DNA of 52,691 nucleotides, taken from Girardia tigrina (lineage: Eukaryota). The notes under the pieces are model-generated. The model did not search any database, was not told the DNA's origin, and saw only the letters and a list, made by a program, of their open reading frames with translations. Positions within the stretch are counted from its first letter, which is position 1; the number at the start of each line of letters is the position of its first letter. This document shows positions 1 to 12,223 of this stretch, one piece after another. The translations under genes and the position numbers were made by a program. The stretch covers positions 30,285 to 82,975 of the forward strand of contig MQRK01233167.1 of the NCBI GenBank assembly GCA_001938485.1, written 5' to 3'.

Positions 1-157
1 ATATATATATATGTATATATATTGTAATACTACTATTTTCTGTAATGGTAAAAAAAACAATATTTATTTTTTTATAAAAAGAAAAAAATCAATATTTAAT
101 TATTTATAATGAGAAAAAAACTGGAATTAAATAAAGAAATTAGGAAGACCAGCAAAC

Positions 158-2295
158 TGTATTTTGAAATATTCACAATTATTGGAAATTACTAATTTAA
201 ACAAAAATTATTAAATCACACTCTCCTTTGCCTTCAAGGCACAAACACAGACGCTGTCCGTGTACTGCAAGGTTCCGCTTTTCTTTATTGGCTTCATGTC
301 TGGGTAGAAGTAGTCCGTGAACTTTGCTGGTCGGACAACTGTTCGTTGCGGCCTCAGTTTGATCATGTCGTCAGCCGGTAGCTGGTCCTTTAGTAGTTGT
401 CCCTTGCTTGGTCCAATGGTTGTTCGTATTCATTGTCTGAACTTTCACTGAGATAACCAGTGTTCTACATTGCGGGGCAATTTATGGCTCTAAAAGTCTC
501 TGCACTCGCTCTGTTGTCCGGCACTGGTGCACACGCCTGACATGCGACATGTGGTATGGAATGCCATTGATCTCTACTTGATTAAGTCAGTGAACCCATA
601 TCACTACTGCACATATCCACTAAGTCGTGCATGACGCGTTCACCGGTTTCACGAAATGGCATCTCCCACTCGTATTCTTCCTGTTTCCACGATTTTGCTG
701 TCCTTTAAGGGCCGTACGGCAAAGTCAATCGGTAGCGGCAGTTGCCACCGTTGTGCAAATACAATGGACGCCGGTATAATTAGAGTAACATTGTACACGC
801 TATCATGTCGTGGATTGACTTCTTGCTCCGTGCCGCTATGCGCTTGATGGTCCCATGACAGCGTTTGACTATGCAATTTTCACTAGACTGGTTTGCACAC
901 TGAAACCGCGCTTCGATTCCCCTTTCTGACAGCAGTTTCCTAATTACATCTCCATTATATGCCATGAAATTATCCAATAGAAGCTCTTGTGGTGGCCCGA
1001 ACTCATTGAACATCGCTCTTAGAGCTATGCAAAGATCTCCGTCGCATTCTGATGCAATTTTTCTCCAAATCGCTAACCTCCCTGGCCCGCAGTTGACCAG
1101 CGTCATGTATTTCCCCTCTGAGGTGTTTCTCACGTCCATGGCAAGCTGCTGCCATGTCTTTTTCATGCCAAGCTCACCTCTCTTCCATCTGACCGGGGCT
1201 GGATCGATTGATGCACACTGAGGTCATCCTATTACCATTTCTCGCACTTGCTTTTCGGTCACTCACCCTGGGCACTACATTTTTCTCGCCAGGAATGACA
1301 TTCGTGGAGCGCTTTTAGACCGTCTGTCGGCCCCTGTTCCTCCTTGACTACCACGTCCATTTTTTCTTTTAGTGCGGTAAGCCAGTCACTGGAAACTCGA
1401 GTCAGACGGTCTGTCTGGTTTTCTGCTGAACCAACCAGTCTCCACTCAACGCTTAGCTGCTCCTCTTCGATTATCTGCTTGATCGTGCCGATGCGCTGCT
1501 TTATGAGAAGCTCGCTCATCCGCTGGATTTGATTTGTTCATCACCCTTTGTTGCATTCCTTAACCACCGGAACCCGGAGGCAGAATCGGGTATCATTTCT
1601 ACTTATTTTAACCTCTAAGCGAAAAGCTGCTTTTATTGCCTCGCTGGCCGTCTCGAGCTCTGCAAAATTGATGTGAGCGGCATCGTCCTTTTTGCGCAGC
1701 CATGAAAAATCTTCTTCAACTGCTCTCCTTATCTCTAAAGAGATACCAGTTGTGATCGGACTTGCTTCACACCACACTCGGCCTTGATTGTGATCGGGTA
1801 CTTACCGCAGCAGCAGCCTCTCGGTCCTCCTGTATCCGGTAATGAAGGCAGTTGAAACCGATTTATCGACCATTCGGCAACCACCGTCTCTTCCAAGGTT
1901 TCACGTCTTACCTTAACGGGACTCTAGCCAGTCGGACCAGTGTTTCGAGATCTGGTGCTTTCCCAAAGAGTCTCGGCCTCCACGTTCCTCATTGCGGTCT
2001 TGGGTAGCCCATTGACGAATTTTTGGGCTATGAAGGCCCATTGCCGCAAATCTCATTAATTTGTCCATAAAAACGTCGACGCTTTCACCGGTAACCAACT
2101 ATCGGAATGCAAACGTCGCCCATGACTGTCTCTAGCTCAGTGTAAAGGCTTCGATGAGCGCAGCTGCATTTTATCGAAGTCCCTCCGCGTCTCCTCGTTG
2201 AAACCTTGAAACACCACTGAGGTCTAGCCAGTTGTATTTTGAAATATTCACAATTATCGGAAATGACAAATTTAAACAATAATAATTAAATTACA
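158..2295 (-). mobile_element. Internally deleted Ty3/Gypsy-type LTR retrotransposon with 63-bp LTRs
   Basis: Direct repeats at 158-220 and 2233-2295, both TG...CA, 57/63 identical. On the minus strand a PBS-like AC-TGGCTAGACC follows the 5' LTR and a purine tract (CAAAGGAGAG) precedes the 3' LTR. The interior has frameshifted gag (GESVDVF), RNase H (WCEAS...SWLRKKDDAAHINFAELE) and integrase pieces. No RT was seen and there is no TSD. Confidence 0.85.
780..1240 (-). pseudogene. Gypsy integrase core, degenerate
   Basis: WQQLAMDV...YMTLVNCGPGRLAIWR...FGPPQELLLDN...VKRCHGTIKRIAAR matches an rve integrase core, preceded by CPQC (end of the Zn finger). Confidence 0.85.
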
Positions 2296-2520
2296 TATAA
2301 TTTATTAAAAAATAAAAAGTACCCCTACACTCAATAGTTATCAGCAGATGTCAAAATCAACTACATTCATACACCTGGATATTTTAAAAATTATAATTTT
2401 GAAAGTGAAAATTTTATTTGTGAATATTTAAACAAACCTTATAATAATTATTTCGGATTAATTGTATTTCTCGGAAGGAAACTTTAATTACGACTTTAAC
2501 ATTAACTTTTTATTGAAAAC

Positions 2521-2900
2521 GAGGGGGATGTTAGGGTTCCTTTTGGTGAACTTTAAATTTTTGATATTTTTAAAAATCATATTTTTATTTTAAATAAATT
2601 AAAAATAATGTTTGAGTAATTAAAATGAAATAATTCGTTAAAAAAATTTAAATATTGCTAAATATTTTTTATTTTAAATTTATAAGTTATTTTTGAAATT
2701 TTATTAAAAACAAATAAATTTTATAATTAAGGAATCTCTATTAAATAATAATAAATTTAAATATTGATAAATATTTTTGTATTTTAAATTTGTAAGCTAT
2801 TTTTGCTATTTTATTAAAAAACAAATTAAAAAGAAATAATTGATAATCGAATGATTTAAAATCAAAGAAAGATATTTAAGACTTGAATTTTTAAAATATT
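2521..2900 (+). repeat. LTR-like dispersed repeat preceded by a polypurine tract
   Basis: GAGGGGGA followed by TGTTAGGGTTCCTTTTGGTGAAC. An inverted related copy ends at 14608. Contains an internal ~70-80 bp duplication. The right boundary is uncertain. Confidence 0.45.
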
Positions 2901-3176
2901 TTTAAAGGTCTGAATTATTGCAAAATTGAATAAAATAACATATTTATATATTTATCGATATTATTATTTATATTTAGAATTTTGAGATCTGGATTATGTA
3001 ATTAAAATATTGTTCCTCATAAATTTGTTTCAATAATGAAAATTGTAGTAGAAATAAAGTTTACAAAATTATGACTTTCAATTTTAATAACAAACCCAAT
3101 ATAACTAATTTCTTTGCATTGCAGACAACTGAAGTTTTCATACTCATGTTATATGAGAAAACATCATAATTAAGAG

Positions 3177-3754
3177 TGTGAGGAATATTTTGAATGTTTG
3201 ATGTTTTGTGTTTGAATGTGTATGTTGATTTGGAAATGTGTCTCTCCTACCCAGATGGATGATTAATGTTTTAATTCTTATTTTCTAAAAATAAGTAATG
3301 TTTAAATTTATTTTTAATTTCATATAATTTTAAAATTTTAAATAACTTAATTAAGTTTTATAATATTTAATAAATAAATCAAATTAATATTTTTTAAATA
3401 ATTAATTATCATTTTTAATTATTATGCAATAAGTTTTGAGTGAATATTTTATTTAAATATTTGTTTCCCCATTTTCTAAAAAAGTAATGAGAATTAAACC
3501 ATTAATCAATTTTCGCTTTGAATGCAAATCTACGAAAGTTTTGACAAAGATTGTCTTGAGGACAATCAAAATTGGTGTTTAAATAAAAATATAAAAAATC
3601 AAATTGGTGTTCTTAATAAATGATGTTCCTGATAAATAAATTTATTACTAGTAGCGTATGTTATGAATTCTTATTGTAATGTCATGAAAAACGAAAACTT
3701 AAAATCATTTTATTAAAAATTTATTAACAAATTCATGATAAAAGAGGCCTAACA
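3177..3754 (+). mobile_element. Solo-LTR family A copy
   Basis: Starts TGTGAGGAATATTTTG, contains the family core CTCTCCTACCCAGATGGATGATT, and possibly ends CTAACA. The flanking GAGTG(T) is repeated but the boundary is ambiguous. Confidence 0.6.
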
Positions 3755-4463
3755 GAGTGTTAAAAACACGCATTATGGGCAAATACATAGGTGTTCAGTT
3801 ACTTTAAGTATTGAAAAGTATAAGAACAATTATTATAATTTGATGTTTAAAGTGAATATTTTGTTAAATTTTAACCACTTGCATGATATACCGAAGTAAA
3901 ACATGGTATTGTAATTTTTCACATTTTTGACAAGGGGTTTTCAAAAAATTCATATTTGTTCGATATGAACTTTTACCGCGTTAAATACAGAAGGTAGACG
4001 CTTCAAAAGATCTTTTCAATTAAGTGGTTAAAATATATAAATAAATAATTTAAATATAAAAGTACTTGTTTTTAGCTAAAATAATCGGTTATATTGACAA
4101 GAAATGGATGAAAGGTATTTTGTTATAATAATAATTATCATTACTTTAGTAGAATTTATTTTGTACCATTATTTTCCATTAAAAAATAATTACAAACATT
4201 ATAGTTGACTTAAAAATCTCAAATTTGATATTAAGAACACAAGCCAGTATCAAGAAACTTTTCAAAAGTAAAACATTTTGAAAGAAGTATAACTTTAAAT
4301 ATTTGGTTATTAAGACAGAATTTTTATTAGGTCAAATAGTAATTTTAAATTTAATTTTCATTGTTTTAACTAAAAGGATTTAATTTATTTATGTTAGTAG
4401 TTTAATTAAAAGTTAGTTAAGAACGACATTTGTCATATTAAACTCTTCTGTAGCCATATTCAC

Positions 4464-4700
4464 TGTGAGGAATATTTGGAATGTTTGATGTTTTGTGTGT
4501 GAATGTTGTATGTTGATTTGGAAATGTGTCTCTCCTACCCAGATGGATGATTAATATTTTAGTTCTTATTATCTGAAAAAATGTAATGTTTAAATTTATT
4601 TCTAATTTAAAATAATTGTTATATATTAAATAAGCTATTTATTTTATTTACAAATGTTAAATAAATAAATTGAATTAATATTTCAATAATTAATATTCAT
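4464..4700 (+). repeat. Solo-LTR family A copy, truncated
   Basis: Near-identical to 3177-3330 over the first ~150 bp. Confidence 0.7.
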
Positions 4701-4814
4701 ATGTATTTTGAACCAATAAAATTTTAAATAATTTGTAAGTAGCGTTTATAACACTTTCAGTATTTTCAAATTCAGTACTCATAATTTAACACCACAATCT
4801 TTAATAATATCAAC

Positions 4815-5155
4815 AATTCCCATATTTAAACAAATTTCTTGTTAATTCAATTTTTTCGCCCAAAATTAATCTATTAATTTTTTTCCATTAAATTTTGAAA
4901 ACTTGTTAATTTTAAATTTTAAAATTATTTCTACATTTTTTTCGAAATTTTACGAATTTTTACAAAATTTAAACTTTTACATATTTTTTATATTTTTTAG
5001 AAAATTTTACAAAATTTTCAAAATTTTAAACTTCAAAATAATTCTTACATTTTACGAAACTTTATCATAAAAACTAATTAACTTAAATTTACTATAAGCC
5101 TTTTATTAAAAAATTATTTCTTAAAATATTAATCCGTAAATTATCTATTTTAATA
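4815..5155 (+). repeat. AT-rich dispersed repeat
   Basis: Aligns with 38155-38405 (TTTCTTGTTAATTCAATT..TTCGCCCAAAATTAAT...ATATTAATCCGT). Confidence 0.7.
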
Positions 5156-5158
5156 TTT

Positions 5159-5397
5159 AGAACAAAACATTTAAATTGATTCCAAATAGAATTTCATCAA
5201 CAGCACAATATTCCACATTTGCATGTAGAAGTATGCATAATAATGAGAGAAAATAACAAAATCATTTCAAACATGTATAAAAACATTTCAAATACATTCC
5301 AGAATCGTGCATATTGATAAATTGTTGTCTGTTGATTAAAATGTTTCTTTAAAATCAGAACAAAACATTTAAATTGATTCCAAATAGAATTTCATCA
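5159..5397 (+). repeat. Perfect 41-bp direct repeat pair
   Basis: AGAACAAAACATTTAAATTGATTCCAAATAGAATTTCATCA at 5159-5199 and 5357-5397. Confidence 0.85.
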
Positions 5398-7010
5398 TTG
5401 AGGTGACGATTTGTGTCTCTGATATTTGAGTTTTGATAAAATCCCTGAATTTTAAATTTATTTACAAGATTAATTATATTGAACGATCAATTCTGAACTT
5501 CGCCTTATGGAAGTCTTTTACTTTTGATGTTACTGACTGTTCGGGATTCAATTATTTTTATTTATTGCTATTACAAATTATAATATATATATATATATAT
5601 ATATATGAATATTGAATGGATCCTGCACTTTCCTTATTTGCCTTTAAAAAACTAGAAAAACAAAACTTTTTTTGTGATTCTAATTGTGTTTTTATTTAAA
5701 AATGAATTTATGGGTTTATATGAAATGTAAAAAAACCATTATTTGTAAAAACTATTATTATTAAATTTATTTTTTATTAAGAAATTAATTGGATTATGTA
5801 AAAAAGATGAATTTGTTTTATTAGATTAAATGAGATTAAAGATGAAAATTTTAAAATAAAATCGATTCATTTGCCTTATTTTTTCTATTGGAGATTTTGA
5901 TTTCGACAAATTGATATTAACAAGAAATATTAATGGAGGAAGTCGAGTTGCCTTATTTATTATTAAATTGGCTTCGAGGTGTGTACTGAAGAAATGCAAT
6001 TGTCGGCCCTCGAACAACTGTGTCTGGCACTCTTGCAATACGAGACATTTTTATGTCAAGATTTCGATATTTCATTTGCGTTTCCTCACGAAATGATCAA
6101 TCGATTGATCAATGCCAAAAGATCATTAATTGCCATTTGTATGAGATTGGAGAATCCCAATATGAATAATCCCATTAGTCGGATCAAATTAAAATTGGCC
6201 CAGCACATCGAGAAAGGTTCCCTGCGCAACACTATTACCTCCGTCCGATTCTCGGGGCTACCTGAGTGTTGGGCGGAACACTGACATAATAGTAACATTG
6301 ACAATATATTTTTAAGGGTTTTTCTGAAATTTTTAAATCTTTAAAGTATTTTTAAATATTATTTATTTAAATTCGTTCAGATTATTAATGAAACTAACTT
6401 TTTAATATTTTAATTTTGTTTGAATAATCAGTTATCGCAAATATAACAAGGCGCTAAAAGATTGATGATTATATGAAATCTGTGAGCTCACGTTTAATGA
6501 TAAATAATAATCAAAGATGAGATAAAATACTTGAAATATATTATTTAAAAAAGATATTTTCTACCGGAAAAAAATGAAAAGGTACAAAATGAAAATAAAA
6601 ATGTAATATGAATTACAAGAAATGTAAAATAAAGTCACTTTATCTTCGGTATTCAAATATGTAGTGTCTGAATTTTGTTTGACTTTGGGTAATAAAAGAA
6701 TAGTCAGTTTTGTATTTTGTTTAGTTATAAAATGTTAAGTGTCTGAAATTTGATCGTTTTTTGATAATAAATAGAGAATCAATTTCGTATAATCGTTTAT
6801 CTCGTGACTAAATTTAGTTTTGGAGAATTACGTGTAAAATTAAATAACATTATATGACCTCACAAATAATAAATCGAACGTAATCATAACATGCAAATCG
6901 TTTTAAGCATACATAAATAATAATTCATAAAATACTCATAAGTAATAAATAATGAATTTCAATTAAATTAAAATTTTATAATTATCATATAGCGATATCT
7001 ATTCGCAGTG

Positions 7011-7470
7011 TGTTAAGAGAACTCACACATTTGACAGACATTTATTACATTCACATTTCTTATCATCTTTATGATGATCAATATTATTGCTTTCACTAGA
7101 ATCCATTAATCAATTTTCAATATCTCCCATTATAATCTGAACTAACTTGAGAAAATTATTTTATTTAAAAATATTTAATTTAAATTTTATTGGCTGAAAT
7201 AAAATATTTTTATAGTCATTCTTAAACATTAATTTGATTTTAAGTATTTAAAAATTTACAAAAATAAAATCAATAAATTTATTTAAAAGTTGCAATAATA
7301 AAAATTAAAAATTTGAATATTAAATCTAAATTAAATAAATTAGTTTCAGATTATAAGAATTAAAATATTGATCATCCATCTTGTTAGGAGAGGCACAATC
7401 CCAAATCAACATATAACATTTAAACATGCAAACACTGCAAAAAGCAATTACACACCGCATAATCCTCATA
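7011..7470 (-). mobile_element. Solo-LTR family A, complete, 5-bp TSD
   Basis: TGTTAAGAG...ATCCTCATA (the terminal CA has mutated to TA), flanked by CAGTG at 7006-7010 and 7471-7475. Aligns end to end with 25893-26353. Strand is given relative to the 3177 copy. Confidence 0.8.
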
Positions 7471-7616
7471 CAGTGCAAATTCAAAATATTAATAATACAA
7501 TAAATATAAATAATATTTAATTTCCTTATAATAATGATATCCCATGTAGAGTGGTTGCTTAAGTAAGGCCTTCAACTCGGGACTAATAAAAAAAAGCTTA
7601 TATATATATATATATA

Positions 7617-7829
7617 TTATTGAGTCTTGTGAACGCAAGTTTAGTATTTCGAAAATATAATTTGATTAAAGCTTTTTTTATACAACTATTGGGAATTTGA
7701 AGTATACTATTGAAGGATTTAGAGCGTTTAAGAAGAGTATTTGTAGAACAATAAGTAGTGCTAAAGTAGTCTCTGTCACATCCAAAGTTCAAAGTTTCCT
7801 CTCAAACAAATCGAAAACAGTTTGTCATT
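7617..7829. mobile_element. Penelope-like element fragment (3' tail joined to an inverted internal piece), adjoining (TA)n
   Basis: 7617-7691 aligns with 8347-8438. About 7712-7810 is the reverse complement of ~8920-9020. Runs into an N gap. Confidence 0.75.
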
Positions 7830-8314
7830 NNNNNNNNNNNNNNNNNNNNNNNNNNNNNNNNNNNNNNNNNNNNNNNNNNNNNNNNNNNNNNNNNNNNNNN
7901 NNNNNNNNNNNNNNNNNNNNNNNNNNNNNNNNNNNNNNNNNNNNNNNNNNNNNNNNNNNNNNNNNNNNNNNNNNNNNNNNNNNNNNNNNNNNNNNNNNNN
8001 NNNNNNNNNNNNNNNNNNNNNNNNNNNNNNNNNNNNNNNNNNNNNNNNNNNNNNNNNNNNNNNNNNNNNNNNNNNNNNNNNNNNNNNNNNNNNNNNNNNN
8101 NNNNNNNNNNNNNNNNNNNNNNNNNNNNNNNNNNNNNNNNNNNNNNNNNNNNNNNNNNNNNNNNNNNNNNNNNNNNNNNNNNNNNNNNNNNNNNNNNNNN
8201 NNNNNNNNNNNNNNNNNNNNNNNNNNNNNNNNNNNNNNNNNNNNNNNNNNNNNNNNNNNNNNNNNNNNNNNNNNNNNNNNNNNNNNNNNNNNNNNNNNNN
8301 NNNNNNNNNNNNNN
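7830..8314. other. Assembly gap
   Basis: Run of N. Confidence 1.
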
Positions 8315-8346
<32 letters not shown>

Positions 8347-8349
<3 letters not shown>

Positions 8350-10200
8350 GTTGAATCTCCTGAACGCAAGTTTAAATAATTTAAATAAATTTATAAATAG
8401 TTTAAATAATTTAATTAAAGCTTCTTTTATAATTATTGAACATGTTTCGATGTTTCATACATCATCATCAGCAATATTTGAATATTTGACATGTTTTGAT
8501 TAAATAATATGATTTTAAAATTTTATTATTGATAAATGGTAAAAATTATTATTAATATTATAATTTATTAAATTTTTTTGAAATAATAAAGTCAAAAAAT
8601 ATTTTAATTAAAAATTTTAAGTATTGAAATAACCTTACTTTGCCCATTCTGAATGTTAATTGATGGGTTGTAGTATCTTAGGAATAGAGATTCACAAAAC
8701 TGTCGTTCGTAATGTGAATCAAATCCATTTTGTAGAACAGAAAACTCATCTTTTGAAATGGATGAGGTTCTATCCTTACAACATAACCAATGATCAAGAA
8801 CCTTACTCGATCGACTCATTTGCGAGTGCTCGCTAATCCGGGTTTTGAGATGACGATTAGTCTCTCCGATGTACGAGTTTTGACACGCGTGACAATTAAA
8901 TTGTTTTACCAGATTACCTTGCAATTTATTTGAGAGGAAACATTGAACTTTGGATGTGACAGAGACTGCTTTGACACTACTTATCGTTCTACAAATACTG
9001 TTCTTAAAAGCTTTAAATCCTTGAGAATATTTTATTTTAATGATTTTTTTGTATGTTTTAATGTTTGTTTTTTTAATTGTTTCTTAACCCGTGTATCTGT
9101 ACATAATTTGTCTGATGTTACCCTAATGTTGTGTTCTATTTGTTTGTTTGTGCACACATTGTCTTTCAATGTCATATAAGAATATTTAAACCCTGATTTG
9201 CGATTTCAAAATTGGACGAAAAATTCGAAACTCTGTGAACAAGGCCTTTTATCATACATTCTCTATATTTTTCCTCACAAAAACTCTGAGGTATTGTGTA
9301 ACTATCTGTATATGTTTTCCTTTTGAATAATTCAGTTTTATAACATCCAATTAGTATGTACAGAAAGGGAAGTTTATTGTTTACTTAAAATTCTGTGGTA
9401 AATTTCATATTAGGATGAAGACCATTCATAAATTTTAGGAATGGTTCTATGAGGGATTGATTTCTGAAAACCAAAAAGACATAATCTATATATTTCTTGT
9501 ACAACACAGTTTTCTCACCAGGGTATATTTCAATTTTATTCTCAAGCGACTTCCTAAAGATTGATTCCAAAGTTGGTGTTAATGGGGAACCAATTGAGAC
9601 ACAATCTTTCTGAATGTACCATTCATCATCAAAAAGAAAAGGCACATTTGTCTTTATACATTATTATTTTTTATGATTTTTGGTATAATAAATAAATAAA
9701 AAATTAATTCGGCTGCGTAATAGTATTTCTGTAGGGAACTATTAGCATATTCTCAAAGAGCGCTTTGTGTACATCAATTCTTTCCTCGTTTCTGGAGACA
9801 GATATTTAGTTATAACTTCTCCTGAGATATTTCTGTTAGTCATTTGATGTTTTCGGAAAAAGCAAATGTAAATGTATTTAAAGAATATAAAAAAACGTTA
9901 AAGAATATTTTAAAGAAGTTTCTACACATAGCAAGCCTCAATTTTAATCATATTGTTTAATCCTCGCAAATATATACCTAACCCAAATATATCATTAACC
10001 AGTTACTTTTCAAAACATCTTCTAATGTATGAGCAATATAAAAGGAGGCATAGAGTCAATAAGTTTCGTTATCACTAGATTATGGCTCAAATGTTCTAAT
10101 GACTTCAAAAATTTGTTCAAAATGTTTAATATGCTCCAAAAACAGAGGGGAGAGAGACTTCTTTATCGGTTCTATTAAGATTTGACTTTTTAGATAATAT
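8347..10200 (-). mobile_element. Penelope-like retroelement (RT + GIY-YIG), decayed
   Basis: RT motifs FLFDDEWYIQKDCVSIGSPLTP...YKKYIDYVF...MNGLHPNMKFTTE (9385-9645). C-terminal GIY-YIG with CCHH residues: CHACQNSYIGETNRHLKTRISEH...H (8604-8924). The 3' tail carries a hammerhead and ends at (TA)n. The 5' boundary is approximate. Confidence 0.9.
8434..8476 (-). ncRNA. Minimal type I hammerhead ribozyme
   Basis: Minus strand: UAUUG CUGAUGA U GAUGU-AUGAA-ACAUC GAAA CAUG UU^CAAUA. Stem I 5 bp, stem II 5 bp, palindromic stem III ACAUGU, GUU triplet. Confidence 0.85.
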
Positions 10201-10748
10201 TTTTAAATGTTAACGTTATTATATTAATCTTTTACTATCGAAGTTTATAATTACAATATATTTTAAAATATGTAACAATAATTTTTCGAATATTTTCGAA
10301 TCACTCAAATCCATTTGAGCCCGATTTTTGAGAGTCCTTCTTTTCGATATTCTTTTTATATAATATTTTAATAGCCAAACTAATTTTATTAATTTTAAAA
10401 TGTATGCGACACGAGACATATTATAAATAACTTTGTGAAACAGGATCATACTATTTGTGACTTGCTCTGATCAAGGTTTGATCTGGTGTACAAGAGCAAG
10501 GGTTGTTGGTCAGTTCAAGACATTATTTACCACAATCGATTCTTCCACTGAAATAATAAATAAATATTTTGAAAACGGATTGGCTAATATTTAATTGACA
10601 TTTCATGAAGGAAGAGATCTTGATCAATTATTATTGTTATTCGATCATACAAACTCATTACATCACTCTCATTCTTTACATTGCGCAACATCGTGTGCCC
10701 TTTTTTGAGGTATATATTCATCTGAATATTCATTTATTTCATCACAAA

Positions 10749-10919
10749 ATGAACACCGAACAAAACGAAATCGTTGCGGAAGTCGCCGAAATCATCGAGA
10801 ATGTCGATAATGTCGAATCGGCGGCAGTCGACGAATCGAAAGAAGTTGTGAAGTCGACCGAAGAAGCCTCGACTGAAGGAACAGAAGAAGCTGAAGAAAA
10901 TATCGAAGAAGCTCAATAA
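10749..10919 (+). CDS. Putative 56-aa highly acidic orphan peptide
   Basis: CAAAATG start context. GC/CpG-richer than the flanks. 19 of 56 residues are D/E. AATAAA overlaps the stop and occurs again at 10933. Confidence 0.5.
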   Translation: MNTEQNEIVAEVAEIIENVDNVESAAVDESKEVVKSTEEASTEGTEEAEENIEEAQ

Positions 10920-11769
10920 ATTTAATCTTTTTAATAAAATTGTTCATTTTTATTGTTACTGATTTTTACATTTTCATTTGATTTTTTCAAATAGTTTTAA
11001 AATAGTTTTAGCGTTTCTAAAGAATTAAGTAAAGTTATTTTGAGTACTTTAGTATTTTTTAAAATTGTTGCCGTTTGATGAAGTACCCTCGTTCAAGGAG
11101 ATTTTATCTCTTGATGAGGTTCAATACGCCTTTGTATTCTCAATGAATTCCAACGAAGTAAAGATGTGGCAGGAGAGTACAATTTTTGTAAACGTTGAGG
11201 TTCATTTAAAGAAAGACCTCTTAATTTTTTTTTGTTTTCTCAAGTAAGGCTTCACCATTTTGGAGTTTCGTTTGTCTTTTACATTTTTAGTATTATTTTT
11301 CAAATTTGCTCATTTAACACTTTCAAAATATATTATAAGCTTTATTAGTTTTTCATGAGTTTTTTGATATCAAGTAAATTGATCTACGATAAGGAGTCTT
11401 ATGCTCAGTTACTAGTTCAAAATATGTTCATACTTTGATGATCAGGAATCATTCTCCTTTCTACGCAAAATGGCCAGTGTACTGGTCACAATTAGTATTA
11501 CTAGAAGACCGAATGTAGAAATGCAGAGAATTTTTTACCCTTTAATTTACTTCTTGTTTTATAATTCTAGTGTAAATAAAAAGGTTATCACAAGTTTGTC
11601 AACTCTACTTCTAAAAATTGACTTTCTTTTCATTATACTTATTGAAATTAAAATGCGGAATTTTAATTTAATCTATAAAATTTTGTAAAAGAAATTAAAC
11701 CATTTTGATAACCTTTACTCATTTATAATCAATCGGTTTTTGCTACCTTAGAGGCTATAATAAGTTCTT

Positions 11770-11848
11770 TTAACCCTTTGAACGCGTTAAACATTATTAA
11801 ACATTAAATCCGGGCGGCTAAAGTCGATTTACGCGTTCAAATGGTTAA
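11770..11848. mobile_element. 71-bp piggyBac-type MITE with TTAA TSD
   Basis: TTAA-CCCTTTGAACGCGT...ACGCGTTCAAATGG-TTAA; the 14-bp TIRs match 13/14. Confidence 0.75.
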
Positions 11849-12223
11849 ATAAATAATCTTAGAATAGTATTTTATAGATTGATTATTCTGAATAGAAATA
11901 ATATTGATTATTTTTGTTAATTGATTATTATGTTAATATATTTTAAAACTCAGAACAATGTTCAGTGAAAAATCATTTTAAACTTCAACACCAGGTTCTG
12001 ATGGTGTTTTAGAATATAAATGTATTTTGTTGCAATGCCACAGTGACAAAATAATATCGATTTATGACATTCATTCCTCCGTAAAATACAATGTGAATTT
12101 CACCCGCATTTTTTTATTTATTTAGTTCCGTTAAACAACAAAAAAAATTGTTGATGATTTTTAGAGCACCACAATCATGATTGTTCGAATGTAATTTAAT
12201 TAAAAATAGGAAATTAACCGCAC

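Noticed and set aside
3177-4620. Repeats at 3177 and 4464 as a CRISPR array or as the paired LTRs of one element
   Set aside because: Eukaryotic context with no regular spacers; no PBS, PPT or coding sequence between them; better explained as independent solo copies.
5979-6284. 101-aa ORF as a host gene
   Set aside because: GTG start, the upstream ATG is out of frame, and there is no recognisable domain; cannot be supported.
7697-8379. Long ORFs spanning N runs (also at 26484 and 32158)
   Set aside because: Artefacts of assembly gaps and (TA)n tracts.
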